From the human T2T-CHM13v2.0 reference genome, Homo sapiens: a DNA stretch of 64,000 nucleotides. Below, piece after piece: positions 1-12,900 of this stretch. Location of the stretch: NCBI RefSeq assembly GCF_009914755.1, contig NC_060928.1. The stretch is one strand, 5' to 3'. A program made the position numbers and the translations under genes. Under the pieces are notes generated by a model. That model was given only the letters and a program-made list of their open reading frames with translations, did not search any database and was not told the DNA's origin. Position 1 is the stretch's first letter; each line of letters begins with the position of its first letter.

Positions 1-133
1 TAAGGAGGGGATTAATCTATTCATGAGAGATCTGCCCCCATTACCCAAACACCTTCCATGAAGCCCCATGTTCAACATTGGGGATCAAATTTCAACGTGA
101 AGTTTGGAGAGGTCAAATATCCTAATGATAGCA
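1..133 (-). mobile_element. MST-type MaLR LTR end, truncated by the window edge
   Basis: caacattggggatcaaatttcaacgtgaagtttggagaggtcaaatatcc...tagca is the reverse complement of the MST LTR start as I recall it. Confidence 0.7.
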
Positions 134-834
134 GTATGGCTAAAATAATGAAGAAAATTGAAAAGCTTCACAGTTATACTCATTCTAGGTGAGGCTGGTC
201 AATGAAGTAGCTACCATGGTTGATGGTCTGACTTGACCTTCTGAACTGCCAGACCTTGATTGAGACCTAAGTCTCATCCACGTGCATAGGCAGAGCTAAA
301 ACCTGAAAATTAGAAGAAATGACTTCAATCAACGTGGGATATAAATGAATACATTTTTACACATTATGCCTTGATTTTGGCAAAAATACTATTGAATTCA
401 GATGCCTATATATTAATATAATTCTTATTCTGAAATAAACTTTGTTGACCTAGGGCAAGTGTCTTTTTCTTTAAGTACGCTTGTCACACTGCTACCAGGC
501 TGACTTTTATGAATTTTTATACTGTTTCTCTCTTTCTCTTACATGACACTCTTTAGACACTCATCGTTGTTTACAAGGACTGGCCAATAATCTCCTCTGA
601 GCTCTGACCTCTATGTAACCTGTCTAGGCTAATCCATGGCTCGTCTTATGTCCTACTGCAGTTCTACTGATTATTTACAATTGCTTATCTTCCAAGACTG
701 CCCAAAAGTCATTTCTTTCATAAAGCCGTTTTTTCCCCTCCACTCCCTGAGAGTTGATAACTTCCTCTTTTGTGTCCTCACAATATCTTGAATCTGATTC
801 TGAAATCTTCTTGTGGGAATTGTGCCCTCATTTA

Positions 835-1250
835 CAGATGATCCCAAACTTATGATTTTTTGACTTTACAATGGTGTCAAAGTGATGCCCATTTAGTAGA
901 AATTGTACTTAAAATTTTAAATTTTGATCTTTTCCTGGGCTATTGATATGTGATATAATACTATTACCTGAGATATTCAACACTTTATTGTAAAATGGGC
1001 TTTGTGTCATGCACAAACATAGCTTAGCCTAGCCTGCCTTAAAGGGCTCAGAATACTTACATTAGCCTACCCAAATGTAGGAGTCCAAATTTGTAGGTTA
1101 ATGTGAGTGTTCTGAGCATTTTAAGTTAGGAAAAGCTTAAGCTATAGTGTTTGATAAGTTAGGTGTTTAAGTGTATTTTTGATTTGCAATATTTTTAATT
1201 TATGATAGGTTAATCGAGAAATAACATCACTGTAAATTGAGGAGCATCTG
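835..1250 (-). mobile_element. MER47-like TcMar-Tigger non-autonomous DNA transposon
   Basis: Terminal inverted repeats CAGATG...CATCTG flanked by TA (833-834, 1251-1252); the body resembles MER47 (tagcttagcctagcct, gatattcaacactttat). Confidence 0.75.
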
Positions 1251-1341
1251 TAATTAGATGTTTGTTTTTTCATTTTCTCATATCCAAGCATCACCAGGAC
1301 ATTGCTCAACTAGATTACGTATTAAGTACTCAGTGATCATT

Positions 1342-1839
1342 TTATAAATGTGTAAATAAACATGTTAAAAATAATGTTGAGTCAGTGAGGGCAGTTCCAA
1401 GATGGCCGAATAGGAACAGCTCCAGTCTACAGCTTGCAGTGTGAGCAACGCAGAATACTGGTGATTTCTGCATTTCCAACTGAGGTACTGGGTTTATCTC
1501 ACTGTGGCTTATTGGACAGTGGGTGCAGGACAGTGGGTGCAGCACATCGAGCATGACCCGAAGAACAGCGAGGCATTGCCTCACCCAGGAAGTGCAAGGG
1601 GTGAGGGAATTCCCTTTCATAGCCAAGCAAAGCTGTGACAGACGGCACCTGAAAAATCGGGTCACTCCCACCCAAATACTGCGCTTTTCCAATGGTCTTA
1701 GCAAGCGGCACACCAGGAAATTATATCCTGCGCCTGGCTCAGAGGGTCCCATGCCCACGGAGCCTTGCTCATTGCTAGCACAGCAGTCTGAGATTGAACT
1801 GTAAGGTGGCAGCGAGGCTGGGGGAAGGGCGCTCGCCAT
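1342..1839 (-). CDS. L1 ORF0-homologous antisense ORF, 165 aa (translation unproven)
   Basis: MASALPPASLPPYSSISDCCASNEQGSVGMGPSEPG closely matches the primate L1 ORF0 N-terminus as I recall it (MAGAPPPASLPPCSLISDCCASNQRDSVGVGPSEPG). The start context is gcaATGg, and the stop lies in flanking non-L1 DNA. Confidence 0.45.
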   Translation of the reverse strand: MASALPPASLPPYSSISDCCASNEQGSVGMGPSEPGAGYNFLVCRLLRPLEKRSIWVGVTRFFRCRLSQLCLAMKGNSLTPCTSWVRQCLAVLRVMLDVLHPLSCTHCPISHSEINPVPQLEMQKSPVFCVAHTASCRLELFLFGHLGTALTDSTLFLTCLFTHL

Positions 1840-3768
1840 TGCTGAGGCTTGAGTAGGTAAACAAAGTGGCCAGGAAGCTCAAACTGGGGGGAGCCCACCG
1901 CAGTTCAAGGAGGCCTGCCTGCCTCTGTAGACTCCACCTCTCGGGGCAGGGCATAGCCAAACAAAAGGCAGCAGAAACCTCTGCAGACTTAAATGTCCCT
2001 GTCGAAGAGCTTTGAAGAGAGTAGTGGTTCTCCCAGCATGGAGTTTGGGATCTGAGAATGGAAAGACTGCCTCCTCAAGTTGGTCCTTCACCCCCGAGTA
2101 GCCTATCTGGGAGGCACCCCCAAGTAGGGGCAGACTGACACCTCGCACGGCCAGGTACCCCTCTGAGATGAAACCTCCAGAAGAGCGATCAGACAGCAAC
2201 ATTTGCTGTTCAGCAATTTTCGCTGTTCTGCAGGCTCTGCTGGTACCCAGGCAAACAGATTCTGGAGTGGACCTCCAGCAAACTCCAACAGACCTGCAGC
2301 TGAGGATCCTGACTGTCAAAAGGATAACTAACAAACAGAAAGGACATCCACACCAAAACTACAAGGCTACAGTAACCAAAATGGCACGGTACTGGTACCA
2401 AAACAGAGAGATAGACCAATGGAACAGAACAGAGCCCTCAGATAATACCACACATCTACAATGATCTGATCTCTGACAAACCTGACAAAAACAAGAAATT
2501 GGGAAAGGAGTCCCTATTTAACAAATGGTGCTGGGAAAACTGGCTAGCCATATGTAGAAAGCTGAAACTGGATCCCTTCCTTACACCTTATAGAAAAATT
2601 AATTCAAGATGGATTAAAGACTTCAATGTTAGATCTAAAACCATAAAAACCCTAGGAGAAAACCTAGGCAACACCATTCAGGACATAGGCATGGTCAAGG
2701 ACTTCATGTCTAAAACACCAAAAGCAATGGCAACGAAAGCCAAAATTGACAAATAGGATCTAATTAAACTAAAGAGCTTCTGCACAGCAAAAGAAACTAC
2801 CATCAGAGTGAACAGGTAACCTACAGAATGGGAGAAAATTTTTGCAATCTACTCATCTGACAAAGGGCTAATATCCAGAATCTACAAAGAACTCAAACAA
2901 ATTTACAAGAAAAAAACAAACAACCCCATCAAAAAGTGGGCAAAGGATATGAACAGACACTTCTCAAAAGAAGACATTTATGCAGCCAACAGACACATGA
3001 AAAAAGGGTCATCATCACTGCCCATCAGAGAAATGCAAATCAAAACCACAACGAGATATTATCTCACACCAATTAGAATGGTGATCTTAAAAATTCAGGA
3101 AACAACAGGTGCTGGAGAGGATGTGGAGAAATAGGAACACTCTTATGCTGCTGATGGGACTGTAAACTAGTTCAACCATTGTGGAAGACAGTGTGGCAAT
3201 TCCTCAGGGATCTAGAGCTAGAAATGCCATTTGATCCAGCCATCCCATTACTGGGTATATACCCAAAGGAATATAAATCATGTTGCTATAAAGACACATG
3301 CACATGTATGTTTATTGCGGCACTATTCACAATAGCAAAGACTTGGAACCAACCCAAATGTTCAACAATGATAGACTGGATTAAGAAAATGTGGCACATA
3401 TACACCATGGAATACTATGCAGCCATAACAAATGATGAGTTCGTGTCCTTTGTAGAGACATGGATGAAGCTGGAAACCATCATTCTCAGCAAACTATCGC
3501 AAGGACAAAATACCAAACACCACATGTTCTCACTCATAGGTGGAAATTGAGCAATGAGAACACTTGGACACAGGAAGGGGAATATCACATGCAGGGGCCT
3601 GTTGTGGGGTGGGGGGATGGGGGAGGGATAGCATTAGGAGATCTACCTAATGTAAATGACGAGTTAGTGGGTGCAGCACACCAACATGGCACATGTATAC
3701 ATATGTAACAAACCTGCACATTGTGCACATGTACATTAGAACTTAAAGTATAATAAAAATATATATAT
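1387..3768 (+). mobile_element. L1PA4/5-like LINE-1 with intact 5'UTR and 3' end, internally deleted
   Basis: 5'UTR starts with the YY1 site caagatggccg (1398-1408) and runs to ggacatccacaccaaaa. It joins directly at ~2358 to late ORF2 (tacaaggctacagtaaccaaa; broken ORF2 peptides ...HMFSLIGGN), then the G-rich 3'UTR and A/T tail. Degenerate TSD aaaataatgttga (1368-1380) / aaaagaatgtcga (3769-3781). Confidence 0.92.
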
Positions 3769-4089
3769 AAAAGAATGTCGAAAAGCATATGGATGCTTTC
3801 AATAATCTAAGGATATTTCACATAGAATATGATTAATAACAAAACCTTCAATTTTAAATGTAGCTATTTAAAATTTAATAAACATCATTACATGCCTATT
3901 CAATGGCAGGCATGGTGTTAAATACTAGTTGTTTTTAAGACATAATCCATGATTTTGATGAACTCAAATTGTAAAAGGGTAAAGCCGGGTGTAAGAGCAA
4001 TCTTGCATCTCTTAATGGCAGGACTCACATTATAAATGAAGATTTTAATGTAAGATTATTGAATTAAAACAAAATAATGAAGGCAATGA

Positions 4090-4227
4090 GAAGGCTAACT
4101 ATATAATTTTGAATTCAGAACAGGCACTTCTGAGAGTGAAAGGAGACACTCCTGACAATTATGCTAGTCAGCAAGTATAAAACTGGAATATCTACATTTG
4201 GACAAACTGGGATGCATATTCATCCTA
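4090..4227 (-). mobile_element. MER94-like hAT-Blackjack element
   Basis: cacttctgagagtgaaagg...caaactgggatgcatattcatccta resembles the reverse complement of a tagggtgacc-terminated Blackjack element. Confidence 0.45.
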
Positions 4228-4891
4228 GTTAGAGGAGCATAATAATAAAAGATTTAAATAAGAGAAAAATGTGATCCGATTTGTTTTGCTTAAAGAGCAC
4301 TGTGATATCTTGCAGATATTTGGAGGGGATGAAAACTAGATTTGGGGGAAAAAATTAGGATGTTATCTAGAAAGAAATTAGGAGATGCAAAAATAAGGCA
4401 CTGACAATACAAATGTTAAAGGAAAAAATAATTTGAAAAACATTGGAAATGCAATGGATATGACTTAGGGATGCTTGTATGAGAGAATTGAGGAAGAGGG
4501 AGATGTCAAAATGGTTTGCTAATTTCTGATTTGGGAATATGTGAAGATGTTAAGGGCCTCCAACAAGAAAATGGTTCCCAGACATACTTCATAATACTTT
4601 TAACTTGAAGAACATTTTATTTAAAGGAAAGAATAAGTGTGACTTAAATCTATTTTGCTTTTGAAAACATAATCTGAACTAACTTGAATAAGCATGCTGT
4701 TTATAATATTTATGGAACATATGGGTGTTTATTCCCCTTTGAAAACACATTTAACAGTTTTAAAATATATTCAGCCCTTCATCACCTTCTCCTAAAAACC
4801 TTTTCTGATCTCTCAAGTTGGCCTCAGTATTCACAAGCCACTGTGTGTACTCTCCTATTGCTACACCTGTGACATTATGTGAAAGTAATCT

Positions 4892-4983
4892 ATTTATATA
4901 TATATAAGTTTATATATATATAAATAATATAAATATATATTTATATATATAAATATATATAATATAAGGAAGATATATATATC
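4892..4983. repeat. (TA)n-rich low-complexity tract
   Basis: Interrupted tatata/aaatata repeats. Confidence 0.85.
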
Positions 4984-5796
4984 TTCCCTATTTGTAGAGT
5001 GCACACTACTTCAGTGTGGGGAGAAAATACTGTTATTATTTCTACCCCATGCTTTGTTCAATGCCTGCAAAGTATTAGGCAGTCAATAAATGTGTATTGA
5101 ACTGGGACAAACACCAGGCATATATTATGTTTGCAGGAAAAGACATTTCACATTTTTAACTCAGAATGTTGGTGTTTATTGTGTGCTTTTTATGTGCCAT
5201 GTGCTGTAAAAATATGTGAAAATATGAAGAAATGCTGTTCTAGGCAGAGGGAACAGCATGAACACAGAGCCACCACTACTAAAATAGAGAATCTCGATTT
5301 TTAAGAGAGACTTCATCTTTGGGGATAATGGGATTGGAAATATCTCTGGATTCTAAAGCAGCAGTGGAGGCTTCTGCTGTGTAGATTGAGAGAGAAAAGA
5401 GGACTATATTGGTGACTACGTTTGGATGGAAAGATAAAAGAGAATAGGCTGAGAACTCCAGGGGGAAACTTCTGAAAAGGCAGGGAGGGAGACTAGGGTT
5501 CAAGGGAGAAGGAAGACAAGAAGAGAGACATACACTTGTATGTAAAACATGCCCAACCCTGTACAGTTGAGTTCCGGGATGAGTATTTCCCCAAACATAG
5601 ACCACCATACAGGAAATTCGTTGTGAAAAAATTTACAAGTTTAATTTTAACAATACAATCAGATCTGGTTTCTATAAGAAGAAACTTTTAAAAGTGAAGA
5701 GAGGTATCTATCAATATCAGAATTATTTTTTTCCTGAATGAAGCTAAGTGTTTTGATTTTTTTCCTTCTAGATACACTAAATCCATGGTTTTTATA

Positions 5797-5893
5797 TGGG
5801 CCTGTGGTGGGGCCTGAGAATGTGCATTTCTAACTCATTTCCCAGGTAATGCTGATGGTGCTGGCCCAAGAATCATACCTGGAGAAGTACTGC
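5797..5893. mobile_element. MER5A fragment (hAT-Charlie)
   Basis: ggtggggcctgagaatgtgcatttctaac...cccaggtaatgctgatggtgctgg...gaagtactg is typical MER5A terminal sequence. Confidence 0.75.
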
Positions 5894-6209
5894 AGTAAAT
5901 GGACTAAATGTCCAGGTAGTTGGTGTCAAATAAACACAAGCTAAAGTAAATTATAATTTTACTAATTAATTTCTATATTTTAGCATGTTAGATCATTTTA
6001 TAAAAAATATTCTTACATTAATCCTATAAATATGTTATAAATATATACTTTAATATAACCTATATAAGTACTTGTATAAGTATATTCCAAAAGTGTAACT
6101 ACTTACACTTATATAAGTTATAAATATATATCTATAATTCCATCACTCAAATAAAGTACATTGGAGTAATTACATCACTTAAATAAAAGTAAAGATTGCT
6201 AACACCAAT

Positions 6210-6440
6210 AGTAAGTGTTTATTGATAGCTTATTATGGCCCAGGCTGTGACCTAGTGTTTTTAATTAATTAATTAATACTTGTTAATTAAGTTAATTAAC
6301 CTCATTCAATCCTCTGAATTGTGTTGGATACTCACAGTAGTATTTACTCCGCAAATCAGGAAACTGTCGCTGAGGCCATAGTTTGAGGCCGAGGACCCAA
6401 GCTGGGCTGATCCAGAGCCTCATTCTTGGCCACGTGCTCT
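6210..6440 (-). mobile_element. MIR SINE
   Basis: gtgtttattgatagcttattatggcccagg...ctcattcaatcctc...aggaaactg resembles a degenerate MIR core. Confidence 0.55.
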
Positions 6441-7174
6441 TTTGTTCTGCCTCAGGCAATGAAGCAGACAATAGATTCACAGAGGGATCATGGACATACC
6501 CTAGAGCTGCTCTTCTCCTTTTCTAGGACTAATGTATTCTGCTTTGAAATATAAGGTCTTTTTTGGCAGTATCGCAATATAGCAGCATGCTGTTAATCCA
6601 GTGAAAAGTGCACTGAGCTGCTGTCCATATTTATACATTTAAAAGGCATTGGGAATTATATATTTCACTTTTGTGGTCCAAAATTTATTCCCTGGACAAT
6701 AACAGAAACTTGTGTAAATCCCATTTATAGGTTCTATGGCACAGATCCCAATCCTATGGGGAGCAATATACCTCAGGAATATTGTACAACAATGCTCTGA
6801 ACTTCAGTTTGAAGGCTGCCCTCCTCTCACAAGGAAGGGGAGGTTTGTGGCTGATATCAGCCTTATATATAGAGAGAGGTCATCTAAAGCAAGAAAAAGT
6901 AAGATTTAGCCTTTTCTAGGTGATTTGAAATTGGATCTCTTTTAATATGCAGCAGCACACTGTTGACGTAGTAGGTAGGCATGTGCAACTGAGGTATTTT
7001 GTACTTTCAAATGAGTAGTAAGGAAGTCAAAACTTTTAACTTAAATAAGCCAATTTCTTAGACATTATCTATAAGATGATTAGAAAAGAACAAGGATTGA
7101 AAGTTGGGGAGGAAGGAAGAAACATTTTCCATCACATACATATTGCTTACAGATTTATCTCGGATAATAGGGAC

Positions 7175-7607
7175 TGTGAACAAAAGTTCTCTGAAAAGGA
7201 ATTTGGAAGAAAGAGACTTTATTCCAGTGAACAGTTTGCAAACCGTGATTCAAAGCTTTTGGTGTAAAATGAAGGTGTGATCCAGAGAACCAAGAGAGGG
7301 TTCAGTTATTATGGCAAAAGTTCCCACCCAAGTTTCCAGTCAGGTTTGTTTATGCAAATGCTCAGTTCCCATTGTTTGATACAGCTGAGCCCTGATTGGT
7401 TGAAGCAGTCCAGGCCTGATTGGTAGATCAGGTGAGCTCTGGAAGTCCCAAAGTTGAGCAGAGCTGTAGGTTTTCAGGGAACTCAGAGTATACATGTGTG
7501 ATCTTTAGTCAGCAAATGGCCACTTGCCTCTATTTAAAACATAGCCCCATTTAGCCACTCAGGTTGTATTTTGAAAGATTGGCTCTTTCGGTTCACATTT
7601 GTTCACT
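7175..7607 (-). mobile_element. ERV1-class solo LTR
   Basis: Terminal inverted repeat tgtgaacaaa...tttgttcac, 4-bp TSD ggac (7171-7174, 7608-7611), minus-strand polyA signal (tttatt ~7218) and CCAAT boxes. Confidence 0.8.
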
Positions 7608-10082
7608 GGACTAAGGTATTTGCAGATTAGGAGTAAAAGAGAATGAACTTCCTAAGTTTCATTTTGGTAAGTGAAGGAAAATATAGCTATCTCGATTACT
7701 AGGAACCAACCGTTTTCCAAATTTTAGAGTTTTCATGAGGAGGCATTTTCCCTGAATTATTCTGAATTCTTTCCCTACCCCTTATTCTGCTCAGGAGAGC
7801 TTCAGTGATTTAATAAATGGGTTAAAATTGGGAAGAATATACAATTAGGCTTGGTTTAGCTAATTCTTGTTACCACTTGGGGAAAAGCTGTCATTTTTCT
7901 ATTTCTTCTCGACGTAAGTCTTCACTTGGGCACCGTAGCACTTTGGAATGCCTTCCTCACAATTCTCCAAATCGCCCTCCCTCCCACGCTGGGAACTTCA
8001 GGGTTTGCAGTGCTTTTCAGGAGCTGCACTCTCAGCCTGAACAGGACCCCTGTGGGCCAGCCTCTTCACCCTTTTGAGATGCTACTCTCAGACTTCCTAG
8101 CCCTGCTGCCTGTGGGGTCAACCAGATGCCCCACAGAATGCTGGGGCTCAAGCCTATAGAATAATTCTGGGACTCTATGGTTAATTCAGGTCTAGGAGGG
8201 CAGCCTGGCTAGTGGATCACTTCTCACTGAGTGGAGAGGTATTTCTTTGCAAGATTTGGTAGGCAGAACCACGCTGAAATGTCTTTTAGGGTGACCCACT
8301 CATGTTGAACACAGGGCCAGTGCAGGGTTCCCAGCTAGCTATACACTATCACTGACCCTGGGAGCTTGAGCCGTGTGTCTGGGCTCTTGCATGTGGTCTC
8401 AACTGTCCATGTTTCCTTCATGGTACCACCTCAGGTCTACAGCACCGCAAGAGTTGGGTGGGGAAAGGTGCTCTGTACCCTGTGTGCCCCTCCAGCTACT
8501 GTGCCACTCTTTCCACAGGCTCTGTGGAAAGGAGAGAGTGCAGTGCACCAGGGAAGGCCCAGAGATACTGGTGTGTGCTGGAATAATCTGATGGTGTTTC
8601 ATGGGATAAATTGTGTAAGTAGCAATCAGAGGTGGAGACTGAGAGCAAGCGGAACTGGAAGGTGCAATGGATAGGAGGGCAGAGTGTAAACAACAAACCG
8701 GTATCTCAGCAACAAAATCATGCATTTCTGTGTTGAGTGTTTTATCTTGAGCATCTGGAAAAAAGGTGGCAGCTTTAATAGAGAAAATTTTAAAAGGCAG
8801 GCCGAAACTTGGGTTCTAAGGAAAGCTGACTTAGTTTTTCTTTTTTTTCAACATTTTCATGAATTGCTGGGATAAACACTTCTTTCTGCTTACTTGCCTT
8901 TCAAGCCCGCAGATCACTCTTTATGAACGTAGAATGTGGTTTCCCTAAGTCGGCCTGACACAGGTGAGGAGACGCTGGGGAACTTTATCATTTCCTGACA
9001 CACAGTGACTCCTTGATATCTCAATAGTCCTGCCATGTACTTTACCTGCTGCATGTAGCCATGTGTTTAAGTTGGGCAGTGATATGGGCCAACTTGAGAT
9101 GAAGTTGGTAAAGTTAAATGTTAATGACTTAAAATGACAGTCATATTCAAACTAACTTTACTTTTACCTTCTGTCTTTCTGTGTGTAATATTACTAATAT
9201 ATTAATCTTAACACCAACAAAACTTTAGATAAACATTTCTGATACATTTCAAGACTGAACATATTTAAAACTTTTAACTTTTGAAATAATATGGGATGTA
9301 CAAAAGAATTGTAAAGTATGAAGCATTTCTGTATATTTTCCATGCAGTTTTCCCCAATATTAACATATTGTGCTACTATGGCACATTTATTTTAAAAGTT
9401 AGCATTTTAAATTTTGTTTTTGAAAAATGAAAGTTTCAAGAGTGGACAAAAATATAAAATTTGCCTAATTTTCACAACTTTATATGTATTTATCCATATG
9501 CATGCCTCATATATGTACATATCATGAACAAAATGTTTTTCCAAATATGCAGGTTGTAATATTTTGTGGACAATGAGACAGAACATAATTTATAGGTTAC
9601 TTTAAATACCTAGTGACATTGCATTTGGTCATGGACTCTTTGTATGGATGGCTCATATTCAGTGGAATGATGTATTTATTCTGTTAGTGAATTGAAAGTG
9701 AAAAGTATAAGTAGTTCAACCAAGAAAATTCAAATTTAAAATTTTCCTGTTTAAAGCTTTAGATTTTATTTTCAATAACTCATTGTGAAAACAAGATGAA
9801 AATTTAATTAAATCAAATAAATTACAGATCTACAAAAACTTGTCAAATTTGTCAAAACTGTGTTTTTGCCAACTGAGAAAAAAATGTGCCTTTATACTCT
9901 GGTCATTAAGCAAACCCTGCAGCAATTTTTAAAAAATATATGGTTAGAAACATATTATTGAAGGTGTGAAAATAATCCACACATTTCACCATTCCAGTTA
10001 CCATAACAACAGAGTATAATGCATTTTCCTTGATTTTAGTTTCAATCATATTTAGCTGAATTTGATTGTCAAAACCAAAAAT

Positions 10083-10102
10083 GAGAGAGAGAGAGAGAGA
10101 GA
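10083..10102. repeat. (GA)n microsatellite
   Basis: About 10 GA units. Confidence 0.9.
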
Positions 10103-10196
10103 GTAAATATTAATATAGCATTTTTACTTCTACTGAAAGGTAAAGGACTAGGTTTGTGTCCACTCTTACTTTTTACTATTATTACATAGACCTCTC

Positions 10197-10635
10197 TGTT
10201 GAGAAATACTCTGATAATGTCCATGTAGAGTGGAGACAAATAAGTTTTCCAGCATCTCTTACAGCTTATGCGATATGAGATTAAATTTTGGCCAATTAAA
10301 TGTTAACAGAAGTGTCAAATGGCAGCTTCTGGAACCTTCCTTAATGCCTCCTTTTCTTCTCTTTCTCTCCATTCTACTATTTGAAACACAGATATGATGA
10401 GGAGCGTTCTTACTGCCATTGTGGACCCTGAGGACATACGACATGAATTAGAGATGGCAGAGCAGTGGGTTAGAGGTAGCCTGGCTCCTTGAGAACCTTC
10501 TGGAACACAGTTGCCCTTCTAGCATTTGACTGTCTTTATCAGAACTTTTTCAAGAGATAAAATATTTCTATTTCATTTAAGCCACTGTTATTTTGCATTT
10601 TTCTGCTGTTTGCAGCTTAAATTAATCCTAAAGTG
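10197..10635 (+). mobile_element. MLT1-type MaLR LTR
   Basis: ggccaattaaatgttaacagaagtg...gccattgtggaccctgagg...tttaagccactgttatttt...gcagc...cctaa are MLT1 hallmarks. Confidence 0.65.
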
Positions 10636-11073
10636 CCATATCTCTATGAAAAGAAAAAATATGAGAGATAGAACTGGACATCTATGTTTTTCAAGGAAAA
10701 TTGATCTTTATTCATTTACATATGTATCTGTCACCTGTTAAACAACCTAGTATGCTACTACTGTTACTGCCATTATTTTCTTGGTAGACTCGAGATTGAC
10801 AATAGGATGTCAGCAGCTATGTCTTCTTCAATCTCATCCTTCTCTGACCCCCCCATTAGAGCTTTCAGTACACCTTAGACCAAGGGTGTTCAATCTTTTG
10901 GCTTCCCCAGGCCACACTGGAAGAAGAAGAATTGTCTTGAGCCACACATAAAATACACTAACACTAACAATAGCTGATGAGCTTAAAAAAATCACAAAAA
11001 ACTCATAATTTGTTTATGTAAATCTTTCAGCTTTATCGATTTTTATTTTTTGTCCTCTTCTTTCCCCTTCTGC

Positions 11074-12900
<1,827 letters not shown>

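Noticed and set aside
2340-2375. L1 internal junction as a splicing product
   Set aside because: From recalled consensus, the missing segment does not begin with GT or end with AG.
2168-3788. ORFs with reverse-transcriptase-element similarity as a functional gene
   Set aside because: These are broken L1 ORF2 C-terminal fragments with stops and frameshifts; the EN and RT core is deleted.
6261-6300. TTAA palindromic run as a piggyBac footprint or cruciform element
   Set aside because: It is a short (TTAA)n slippage inside a MIR, with no terminal inverted repeats.
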